A stretch of 64,000 bases of DNA, taken from positions 64,001 through 128,000 of the forward strand of contig CAXXSM010000122.1 in the NCBI GenBank assembly GCA_963663405.2. The letters run 5' to 3'. A program made the translations under genes and the position numbers. The notes under the pieces are model-generated. The model did no database searches and was not told the DNA's origin. It was given only the letters and a program-made list of their open reading frames with translations. This stretch comes from a bacterium (GTDB lineage Bacteria; Hinthialibacterota; Hinthialibacteria; Hinthialibacterales; Hinthialibacteraceae). Of the stretch, positions 33,192 to 41,474 are shown piece by piece. The stretch's first letter is position 1. Each line of letters starts with the position of its first letter.

Positions 33192-33770
33192 ATGATATTT
33201 GGGTACAGCCGCATCTCAAAAGGAGACGACCAGAATTCCAAGTTGCAAGTCCAAGCATTCAAAAAGGCAAAGGTCGAGAAGGTCTTTCATGAAACGGCTT
33301 CGGGAGGCCGTTGGGATAGACCCAAACTACATGAAATGCTTGGGCAACTCAGAAAAGGTGATGTTGTTGTTGTCTGGAAACTCGACCGTCTTTCACGTTC
33401 ACTGAAAGACCTCCTTGCTATTATGGAATGTATCAGCAACGCTGGAGCCGGATTCAAGAGCCTGACCGAATCCATAGATACCACAACCCCAGCAGGCCGG
33501 ATGATGATGCAAATGGTGGGTTCCTTTGCAGAGTTTGAACGAGAAATGATCCGCGAACGCACCAAGGCTGGGCTGGATGCCGCTCGTAAAGAAGGCCGCA
33601 TTGGTGGTCGAAAACCAAAACTCCGCCACGATCAGAAGAAAGATGTGGCAGAGAATGTTCTGTCAGGGAGAAAGACACAGGCGCAAATGGCACGGCTCTA
33701 CGATGTCAGCGAGGCCACGATTTCAAGGATTGTGACCCGACTCAGGCAAAAATATGGACTAATTGAATAG
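33192..33770 (+). CDS. tnpR: Serine resolvase (TnpR/Hin family)
   Basis: GYSRIS (catalytic Ser), VWKLDRLSRS, AEFEREMIRERT and a C-terminal HTH. Confidence 0.92.
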   Translation: MIFGYSRISKGDDQNSKLQVQAFKKAKVEKVFHETASGGRWDRPKLHEMLGQLRKGDVVVVWKLDRLSRSLKDLLAIMECISNAGAGFKSLTESIDTTTPAGRMMMQMVGSFAEFEREMIRERTKAGLDAARKEGRIGGRKPKLRHDQKKDVAENVLSGRKTQAQMARLYDVSEATISRIVTRLRQKYGLIE

Positions 33771-33922
33771 GTTTTGAGTCGGATCAAAAAAAGTGGCGGA
33801 TCTGGTATCTTTGATGGATTTAACCCTTCATCGTATTAACCTCACTTGTTAAGAGGCCAATCGTACTCAATCCGGAAGCGTTATTGTAAACAGAATTTTT
33901 CTGGGAGGTGGGGATGTTTGGA

Positions 33923-33960
33923 TTGGGCAGGAAGTGAGGGCAACCTCACCTCCTACCCAA
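33923..33960. terminator. Long stem-loop just after the 581-aa gene stop
   Basis: TTGGGCAGGAAGTGAGG-gcaa-CCTCACCTCCTACCCAA; no clear U-tract. Confidence 0.4.
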
Positions 33961-33965
33961 TAAGA

Positions 33966-35690
33966 TTAATAATCATCTGGTCCTTTAAGCATTGCGTAGA
34001 GCAAGTCACCGACAATCATAAATTTCACAAGTCCAGCGTTCCCTGCCACCGGCTTTACTTCTTTCGTTGAGCCCCATTGAAAAATAAGTTGACAGATCAC
34101 ATTATCACCGCCTTCATTGTTCATAAAGATCGTACAAAGATATGTAGCTGCTCGATCAACGCTATCGCCTTCGCCCCATTTGGGAATACGAAGGATCTCG
34201 AGACGCTTCCCTGCTCGTAAGTCTCCTTCCGCTATGGAAAAACTCTGCTCATTCAAACGTTGAGGCTGTGCTGGCAAAGCATCCGCTTGGCTCTGAGCCA
34301 AAGTAAGCTGTTTTTGAAGTGCCGAAAAATCCGCAGACGCATATCGCTCGAGGTGTACTACGTTTACCTCCCAACAGCCGGGGGCTTCTGTGGAAACATC
34401 CTCGCGGCTTTCTTTCAAGGTATGAGTTGTCTTCAGCTGGCGTGCACTCCAGCTCATAATCTTCTCGTAGGCTCCTTCACTAATTTCATATAAGTTTAGA
34501 GCTGTTGGGATCGTAATTTGACCGTCGACTATTTCTTTTTTGTATTTCTCGGATAGATATTCCTTGCTACTCGAAGTATCTATATTGGCAGACATATTTG
34601 CACTCAACCACAAGAACTTTGCAGCACCACTGGCTTTGACGGAGACGGAATTGCTCTCGCTAGTTTGAAGAAGATCCTTATTCTCATTTTCAAAGGAGTT
34701 GATTACACTTTCTTTGACACCCTTTGAATTGAGATAATCCCGAATGATGTCCCAATCTCGTTCGGCTTTAAAATCTACTTTTATTTCCTGGAACATCTCG
34801 GTCATAAGCGATTCAATCCAGCTGAGAAAGGTTTTATTATCCTCTGTATCTACATCCATGGATCTAAACAAAACGTCTTTTGAAGCCGTGAGAACCTCCT
34901 CAATCTGCGCCTTTTGAAGTTTGTCGACAAACCTTGGTTTGAGTGAGTGTCGAACATCATTGTCACTGATGGAACTACTCGCATCGATAATAGACTGGAC
35001 TGCTTTCGCGACTTGTATTCGACCATCTGCACTTTGGTCGCTGACCCAGGCTTCAGCATAGAGACGTTGCGTAATAATAAAACGTGCATTACCTTCTTCT
35101 ACCCATTTCTTGAACGTATCAGCGTCTTGTTGGTTCTCAACCAATGCATCCAAAAAGATCAGCTGGGATTTAGGATAATAACGTTCAAAACTAGCGAAAT
35201 GATAATCCTTAATCATATTCGGTGTGATATCCTCCACGCGTACATAGTAGAGTTCTGCAGGATTGACATTCGCCGGTGTGATACCTGGGACTATGTTGTG
35301 TCGGTTCAGCAATGCTGCAATCTTATAGCGTGTCCCGACTGGATTCTTGGCAAGTTTAATTGTGCACTGGCGGGTATGCCGCTGGTTCTCCACAGATTTA
35401 AACGGAATTTCACGAATGGTTACATCTACCAGCCCATTTTCCTCCAGGATAAAATGCCAAGGCGCCGTGTATAATACATTCATTCCCGTTGGATCACCGG
35501 GCATTCTGAAAATTTGAATATCGAGTCCGTCGATACGAACGGTCGCCAACCAGTTACCAACAACTTGGGTGAAATGTTCATTTATGCCGACGTCTGTTTG
35601 GCTTGCGGAACATCTCATGAAAATTGTGTTAGAGAACATGAACATGAGAGTAAAAGCTAACGTTGTAATGACATTTCGTGTTTTAATCAT
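33966..35690 (-). CDS. Secreted hypothetical protein (about 575 aa)
   Basis: AAAGGAA RBS before MIKTRN, signal-peptide-like N-terminus and a Ser-rich alternating segment. No family recognised. Confidence 0.75.
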   Translation of the reverse strand: MIKTRNVITTLAFTLMFMFSNTIFMRCSASQTDVGINEHFTQVVGNWLATVRIDGLDIQIFRMPGDPTGMNVLYTAPWHFILEENGLVDVTIREIPFKSVENQRHTRQCTIKLAKNPVGTRYKIAALLNRHNIVPGITPANVNPAELYYVRVEDITPNMIKDYHFASFERYYPKSQLIFLDALVENQQDADTFKKWVEEGNARFIITQRLYAEAWVSDQSADGRIQVAKAVQSIIDASSSISDNDVRHSLKPRFVDKLQKAQIEEVLTASKDVLFRSMDVDTEDNKTFLSWIESLMTEMFQEIKVDFKAERDWDIIRDYLNSKGVKESVINSFENENKDLLQTSESNSVSVKASGAAKFLWLSANMSANIDTSSSKEYLSEKYKKEIVDGQITIPTALNLYEISEGAYEKIMSWSARQLKTTHTLKESREDVSTEAPGCWEVNVVHLERYASADFSALQKQLTLAQSQADALPAQPQRLNEQSFSIAEGDLRAGKRLEILRIPKWGEGDSVDRAATYLCTIFMNNEGGDNVICQLIFQWGSTKEVKPVAGNAGLVKFMIVGDLLYAMLKGPDDY

Positions 35691-35836
35691 TTCCTTTCCT
35701 TTCGAAAACAAAATTAATCAGATGCCTGAAAAAACGGGGATTCATCGCAACGAGTCGGGGGGGCGACCTGCGCTGAATCCCCTTCTCACACCTCCGGGAA
35801 TACCTCCCCGGTACCTTAGCTGTTTCTTTGGTATGA

Positions 35837-36364
35837 TTATTTGTTGATGGCTTCGTCAATCGCTTTTTCTGCTTCTGGGATATGCTTTCGAATCAGTTTA
35901 TTTGCCTCTGGCTCAACGAGGGGCTTCACAGGGATGCGGAGTAATGTACGTCCGCTAACCTTAATGGGGATAGTTGCATCATCAAGGTAAATTGCCACTT
36001 CGAGGTGAGAACGTACTTTTCCATCCGGTAGTTCTTCGAAACGAATCGCCCCCTTCAGTGTGCCCTTTAGGTCAACAGAGGCGCTGATGTCACCGATCAG
36101 CACTCGAACCTTTGCAGATGCATGTCCTCTAATGGGAACCGAAAAATGGAGTCGGCCATCATCGCTCATCGAAAGAGAGATGTGGCCACGGGTGACATGA
36201 TAAGATCCGCTACCGTTCGGAATGTTATTGATCGGACCGGAGAACTCCGCTGGAATTTTAGTATTTGCCACCGCTTCGATGACCTCAATAGGAATATCGA
36301 CCTGTGTGAAACCATAACTAATGGAAACCATGACGACGAATAACGAGAATGCGATTTTTTTCAT
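35837..36364 (-). CDS. Secreted beta-rich hypothetical protein (DUF4403/TULIP-like?)
   Basis: AGGAG RBS before the MKKIAFSLFVVMVSISYG signal peptide; long amphipathic strands. Confidence 0.7.
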   Translation of the reverse strand: MKKIAFSLFVVMVSISYGFTQVDIPIEVIEAVANTKIPAEFSGPINNIPNGSGSYHVTRGHISLSMSDDGRLHFSVPIRGHASAKVRVLIGDISASVDLKGTLKGAIRFEELPDGKVRSHLEVAIYLDDATIPIKVSGRTLLRIPVKPLVEPEANKLIRKHIPEAEKAIDEAINK

Positions 36365-36510
36365 TTTTCTACTCCTTCTTCTGTTTTTTGAAACGATTGA
36401 GTGCGTTCTAAAACTTTTCAATAATTTTTGTTCCTGGGTTCGAGAGGGAAATCGATCCCATTGGGGTCTGCGCGAATTTGGTTCATGGCGGTTTCCTCCA
36501 GATTGGTTTG

Positions 36511-36888
36511 ACTATCCTCGCTTGTAATAATGGCAAGATTTGCCTAAATCTGTTTTTTTCCCCTTTCGCGTGTACTTGTTTGAATAACTCGGATACTTGC
36601 CAAAATTTTTTCCGGATTCTTGATTCCTAATTTGCTGGCGTATACCCGAACAATCTCGTTTAACCCCGTGCAGGCTGGCGTCATGATGATTCTCTCCAGA
36701 CCATCCTCGCTTGTAATAGGGGCAAGATTTTCCCAAATCTGATTTTTTTTTCTTTCGTGTGCACTTGTTTGGATAACTCGGATACTCGCCAAAATTTTTT
36801 CCGGATTCTTGATTCCTAATTTGCTGGCGTATACCCGAACAATCTCGTTTAACCCCATGCAGGCTGACGTCACAATGATTACCTCCAG
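36511..36888 (-). repeat. 189-bp tandem duplication encoding a 63-aa repeat (ORF 36544-36873)
   Basis: Two copies, each starting on the minus strand with GGAG plus a start codon and encoding GLNEIVRVYASKLGIKNPEKILASIRVIQTS. Confidence 0.8.
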
Positions 36889-37290
36889 TTTTGTTCGGCT
36901 TGTTTCGGTTATGTTCGGGCGGAATTGTGGCGAGATCTGACAGATTTTTTTTGGACGAAACAGCTACTCCGCGGGATATCTCAAAAACAAAATCCTCGAA
37001 ACGACAAAATGGATTTTCTAATGCGGTGAGTTATCATGCATTTTTCATATGTCGGGGACTCTGGGTTTGGAAATATACGGTTGAACTTTTCGTATTTGTA
37101 CAGGAGAGCCTTTAAAATGTGATAGCCATTTCAAGTAATTTTACGATTTAAAGAAGAAATTTATGTCAGAAAACATATCCTTTTCACCAATACATAATTG
37201 GGGAAATATCCCCCCGTCATTATTAGCCAAAAGTATGGAATAACATCTTTTAATGAAAAGCCCGAAACAGTCGTCAAGCGGAGGAGTCTA

Positions 37291-38964
37291 ATGAGTAAAT
37301 CAAATGAAGAAAATGCGTTCGAAAAAATGGTTCTCGAAATGGTTCATGATCCCAAAAGTGACTCACGGCTTCTAACCACTACTGAAAAAGAACCGGATTT
37401 ACCACTTCATGTTTATAATCTCACGAAAAATGTTTATTATGAGAATAAACTCATGATGCAAAAGAAGGAGATTAAAGAGAATCAAATCAATACGATGGCA
37501 TTGTTCGTCTTTGTTCGGTTATGCCAAAACCAATGCACAAATCGCGAACCAGGATCCCCATTATCCAAGAGACATGTTTGGGAGATTTTAAGATACGAAT
37601 ATTTGGGATTTCAGAAAACAGAGTTCGAAAAAATAGTTCTCGAAATGGCCAATGATCCCAAAAGTGACTCTTGCTTTCTTACCACTATTGAAAAAGAACC
37701 GGATTTGCCACTTCATGTTTATAATCTCACGAAAAAGGTCTATCGCGAAAACATACCAAGGATGCTAGAGAACGGAATTCAAAAGGATCAAATTGAAAAA
37801 ATCGCATTTTCTCTTTTTGTCCGACTTTGCAAAAATCCAATATCAGATCGCTCTCCTGGTGACGGAATATCCCACTGGTATGTGTGGGATGTTATACGCG
37901 ACGAATATTTGGGATTCAGCAGAGGCAAATTCGCGCACGATAATCAGGTTTTATTGAGCTACGACGTGTTGAGTCAAGAGTACGCCTGTGAATTTTTGAA
38001 GAATGCTCCAAAAACTCCGCATAATCAAAAAGTCAAAATAAAACTCGCTGATTGGAAAACCCCGCGAGACTACGCTATCGAACAGGAATTTCTACAGAAA
38101 GATCGGAAACCGATCCGAAAGATCTTTGCACTTATAGAGAAGATCGTAGCGCTTGATTATTACCTCGCACGTTATCGCAATCGCAAGAAAGATTCTCTTG
38201 ATGATAACTGGCATGAGCGATTTGGTTGTTTTATCTCTTGTGAGAATGTCAATAATAAAGTTCAAGAGTTCGAAACGAAAAAACTAACGCAAAATGCTGC
38301 CTATAAAGCAAAAAGTCGAAGTCTAAACGCTCTTCGTACTCTTCTTTTTCTCATTCCGTTTCTTCTCTTTGTTTCGTTTTTTTCAACGATTATGCCTGTG
38401 GACAATACTATTTCGTTGAACCATGCCGAATCGCAAGCCGGTGATAGTCGTCAGTTGAGCCTGGTCGCGGCGAGTGAGCAAGCTGGTGACAGTCGCCAAT
38501 CGAGCCTGGTCGCGGCGAGTAAGCAAGCTGGTGACAGTCGCCAATCGAACCTGGTCGCGGCGAGTAAGCAAGCTGGTGACAGTCGCCAATCGAACCTGGT
38601 CGCGGCGAGTAAGCAAGCTGGTGACAGTCGCCAATCGAGCCTGGTCGCGGCGAGTGAGCAAGCTGGTGACAGTCGCCAATCGAACCTGGTCGCGGCGAGT
38701 AAGCAAGCTGGTGACAGTCGCCAATCGAGCCTGGTCGCGGCGAGTAAGCAAGCTGGTGACAGTCGCCAATCGAACCTGGTCGCGGCGAGTGAGCAAGCTG
38801 GTGACAGTCGCCAATCGAACCTGGTCGCGGCGAGTGAGCAAGCTGGTGACAGTCGCCAATCGAGCCTGGTCGCGGCGAGTAAGCAAGCTGGTGACGGTCG
38901 CCAATCGAACCTGGTCTCGGCGAGTAAGCAAGCTGGTGATAGTCGTCAATCGAACCTGATATAA
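37291..38964 (+). CDS. Sigma-70/ECF-like protein with duplicated N-domain, TM helix and 12 x 15-aa C-terminal repeats
   Basis: GGAGGAG RBS before ATG 37291; two ~102-aa repeats; LTQNAAYKAKSRSLNALR (sigma 4.2-like); hydrophobic LLFLIPFLLFVSFFSTIM; AGDSRQ repeats. Confidence 0.7.
   Translation: MSKSNEENAFEKMVLEMVHDPKSDSRLLTTTEKEPDLPLHVYNLTKNVYYENKLMMQKKEIKENQINTMALFVFVRLCQNQCTNREPGSPLSKRHVWEILRYEYLGFQKTEFEKIVLEMANDPKSDSCFLTTIEKEPDLPLHVYNLTKKVYRENIPRMLENGIQKDQIEKIAFSLFVRLCKNPISDRSPGDGISHWYVWDVIRDEYLGFSRGKFAHDNQVLLSYDVLSQEYACEFLKNAPKTPHNQKVKIKLADWKTPRDYAIEQEFLQKDRKPIRKIFALIEKIVALDYYLARYRNRKKDSLDDNWHERFGCFISCENVNNKVQEFETKKLTQNAAYKAKSRSLNALRTLLFLIPFLLFVSFFSTIMPVDNTISLNHAESQAGDSRQLSLVAASEQAGDSRQSSLVAASKQAGDSRQSNLVAASKQAGDSRQSNLVAASKQAGDSRQSSLVAASEQAGDSRQSNLVAASKQAGDSRQSSLVAASKQAGDSRQSNLVAASEQAGDSRQSNLVAASEQAGDSRQSSLVAASKQAGDGRQSNLVSASKQAGDSRQSNLI
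38437..38961 (+). repeat. 45-bp in-frame tandem repeat, 11 full units plus 1 partial
   Basis: Unit GCTGGTGACAGTCGCCAATCGA(G/A)CCTGGTCGCGGCGAGT(G/A)AGCAA encodes AGDSRQS(S/N)LVAAS(E/K)Q. Confidence 0.95.
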
Positions 38965-38994
38965 GTGTAGATCGTAAAACAAGGAGAAATTATC

Positions 38995-39633
38995 ATGAAA
39001 AATACTCATAAAATTAATGAAAAACGATCATTCTATTTTACATTGATCCAAGCAAAAGATGGAGAAAAAGAATTTCGACGGAAATGCAACCGATACGAAG
39101 AAATACGAGAAACCGGAACTGATGACGAAAAGAAAAAACTCCATGATGAAATTTTGAGAGATTTAGATTCTTACGACGGCGATGGTAGTGAATGGTTAAA
39201 ATGGAACATGATCGCCACAGGACATTCTACTCTTGGAAATATAGAGAAAGCTGTAGAAATAGATGAAAATCAATGCATCAAATTCGCTTTGGAAGAACCG
39301 GAAGAAAAAGAAAAGAACCGGAAGCTTTCTGTGACATACAATAATCTCTGCGACGGGTATCGGCGTTTGCGCAATGCAGATAAAGCAATTGAATGCGGAA
39401 TGAAAGCTCTTCATTACGATGATAACAATGAAGGTATTTGGAAAAACTACGCGTTAGCGTTGATATATGGAGGGAAAGAAGACGAAGGAATCCAGATCCT
39501 GAAAAAATTACGCGAGTTATCGAATTGGGACGAAATTAGTTCTATTCTCGCAGCTGCGGTTCGTTATGAACAAGATTTAATCGATAAAATCATGGAAAAC
39601 GACGAATTAAAGAACATTCTTTACCCCTTTTGA
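38995..39633 (+). CDS. Cytoplasmic TPR protein
   Basis: AAGGAG RBS; TPR-like units IATGHSTLGNIEKAVE, TYNNLCDGYRRLRNADKAIECGMKAL and WKNYALALIYGGKEDEGI. No signal peptide. Confidence 0.8.
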   Translation: MKNTHKINEKRSFYFTLIQAKDGEKEFRRKCNRYEEIRETGTDDEKKKLHDEILRDLDSYDGDGSEWLKWNMIATGHSTLGNIEKAVEIDENQCIKFALEEPEEKEKNRKLSVTYNNLCDGYRRLRNADKAIECGMKALHYDDNNEGIWKNYALALIYGGKEDEGIQILKKLRELSNWDEISSILAAAVRYEQDLIDKIMENDELKNILYPF

Positions 39634-39651
39634 AAACTTTATAAGGGATAA

Positions 39652-39689
39652 GGGTACAACGCATATTCATATGGAAATATTCCGTAAAT
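39652..39689 (+). repeat. Third Tn3-like terminal IR
   Basis: GGGTACAACGCATATTCAT... resembles GGGTACTACGCACATTCGT and abuts the tnpS-like gene end. Confidence 0.55.
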
Positions 39690-39694
39690 ATCCC

Positions 39695-40657
39695 CTAATA
39701 CACAACCTGAAACGTCGGGCTTTCCTCGGGCTTGTCATGCCGTTTGTCGTAGAGGCGGGTGGTGGAGATATTGGCGTGTCCGAGCCAGGTTTGCACCTTG
39801 GCGATATCGGCTTCGTGTTCGAGGGCGTTGGTGGCGGCGGTTGCCCGCAGGGAGTGAACGCAGAGGCCGGGGAAATAGATGTTCGCTTTCCTACAATAAT
39901 AAAGAACAATCTTGTAGAACGAATCCGGATGCATTGGCTTGCGGAGCGTGCCGGTACGGTTGTTTTTAAATGGGCGGAAGAGGGGACCGTCCAGATCCTC
40001 CCCATGACCGGCGGCCTGTAAATACGCTTGGATGGCGGTGACCGTCACGGGATGGACGGGGATGAAGCGCGTCTTGTCGCCTTTGCCGTGAATTACAAAA
40101 CAATGCATCCCGCGCCGGGGGGTGAAGTGGCGAACCTGAAGGGCGGATATTTCGCTACGCCGGAGAGCGTGGTAAAGCAGGGTGGTGAGAATGGCCCGAT
40201 CGCGTTTGCCTTTAAGAGTGTCGTCGAATGTCGAATGGAGAAGAATCCGGGCTTGATCGTCACTGATGGCGGGGGTTTTCCCTTCGTTGGCGTTCGCGTT
40301 GGGGCTTTCAACGCCGCTGACCGGATTGTGCGTAATGGCGTTCTCATTGCAGAGGTAATCGAATAGGGAGGCCAGAGCGGAGAGTTTACGCCGGACGGTG
40401 GCGGGAGAGAGATCCCGCTGGTCGAGGTCGTTGCGCCACGCGATGATGTGGGCGCGGGTGACGAGGCGGAACTCATCCGGCTGGTGGATTCCGGTAAAGG
40501 CCATAAACTCGTTAAGGTCGTTCCGGTAGGCGCGGCGGGTGTTCGGGTTGCGGAGATTGGCGAACCGTTCGATCTCCGGGGGTACTGCGGCCCGTTGGTG
40601 AAACGCCTCGTCGGTCAGAATTCGCGAAGGGGAAGGAACCAGTTCTTGCTCATTCAT
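39695..40657 (-). CDS. Tyrosine recombinase, TnpS-like (Tn4651-type cointegrate resolvase)
   Basis: [54 protein letters not shown]. Confidence 0.82.
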   Translation of the reverse strand: MNEQELVPSPSRILTDEAFHQRAAVPPEIERFANLRNPNTRRAYRNDLNEFMAFTGIHQPDEFRLVTRAHIIAWRNDLDQRDLSPATVRRKLSALASLFDYLCNENAITHNPVSGVESPNANANEGKTPAISDDQARILLHSTFDDTLKGKRDRAILTTLLYHALRRSEISALQVRHFTPRRGMHCFVIHGKGDKTRFIPVHPVTVTAIQAYLQAAGHGEDLDGPLFRPFKNNRTGTLRKPMHPDSFYKIVLYYCRKANIYFPGLCVHSLRATAATNALEHEADIAKVQTWLGHANISTTRLYDKRHDKPEESPTFQVVY

Positions 40658-40845
40658 CCAGGAAATCCTTTTGTGCGGCAGGAAAGAAAAAAATAGCGCA
40701 ATGAGAGGCGGTTTTCTTTTTTCCTACCGCCCGTTTTTAGGGATCATTTTATTCGTGATAAAATCGATTATTAAGAGTAAAAATACTTCTTGACTTATTG
40801 TTACAATATTGCGACAATATCTGTAAGGAGAACGGATGCCAGAAA

Positions 40846-40961
40846 CACGCTTGCTTTTTTATAAAGAAGAAGACGGAATTAAAGAAATCGAATGAGCGAT
40901 TGAACGGAAAAAAAATCTGGATAACCCGGAACTCCATACACACGAGGAGGATTTGTTATGA
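40846..40961 (+). pseudogene. Remnant 3' end of a RelE/HigB (Gp49-like) toxin gene
   Basis: Reads KEIE*AIERKKNLDNPELHTHEEDLL-stop with an internal stop; its TGA overlaps the antitoxin ATG. Confidence 0.5.
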
Positions 40962-41302
40962 ACAAACGAAAAACCACGACGGACGGTGTGGAAATCCTGC
41001 ATCGCCGGTATTTTGAAGGAAAACCGGAAATGCTCGCCCTTCTTGAAGAAGAAAGAGCCAATGCCGATGTAGCGCAAATTATTTACGATTTACGCCAAGA
41101 AGCAAAACTTACCCAACAAGAATTGGCTGATCTAATCGGAACTAGCCGGACAGTTATTACTCGATTGGAAGATACGGATTACAATGGACATTCTCTATCC
41201 ATGTTACGGCGCATTGCTACCGCCTTGAACAAAAAAGTTCAAATTGAATTTGTTCCTATCGCTCATCAAGCCAAGGTTTCCAGCCTGCATACCCCCCATT
41301 GA
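40958..41302 (+). CDS. XRE-family HTH protein (HigA-like antitoxin)
   Basis: IYDLRQEAKLTQQELADLIGTSRTVITRLED..Y.GHSLSMLRRIATAL. Confidence 0.88.
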   Translation: MNKRKTTTDGVEILHRRYFEGKPEMLALLEEERANADVAQIIYDLRQEAKLTQQELADLIGTSRTVITRLEDTDYNGHSLSMLRRIATALNKKVQIEFVPIAHQAKVSSLHTPH

Positions 41303-41474
41303 GCGTCTTACTCTTTTTGCGCGAATCGTTGCTGAACTCCTTTTCCTTATGCGCCATTATTTCTAGGCCGTTTTGAGAATTCAATAACTGGAAAAAAAGA
41401 TACACATCAAGCAAGGCTCTCACAAAGTATACTTTCCTATACTTAGGATCAGGAAACCGTGGGTTTCCATTCAA

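Noticed and set aside
33923-33961. Group II intron domain VI (GNRA loop, ending CCTACCCAAT)
   Set aside because: No recognisable domain V upstream; better explained as a hairpin after the convergent gene.
38437-38961. 45-bp repeat array as a CRISPR array
   Set aside because: No unique spacers, the unit is a multiple of 3 and in frame within a CDS, and there are no cas genes.
38383-39009. Alternative-frame ORFs 38383-39009 (-) and 38474-38959 (+)
   Set aside because: Open only because the repeat unit lacks stops in those frames; no RBS or unique domain.
39667-40696. Several ORFs overlapping the tnpS-like gene
   Set aside because: Shadow ORFs of a GC-rich recombinase gene.
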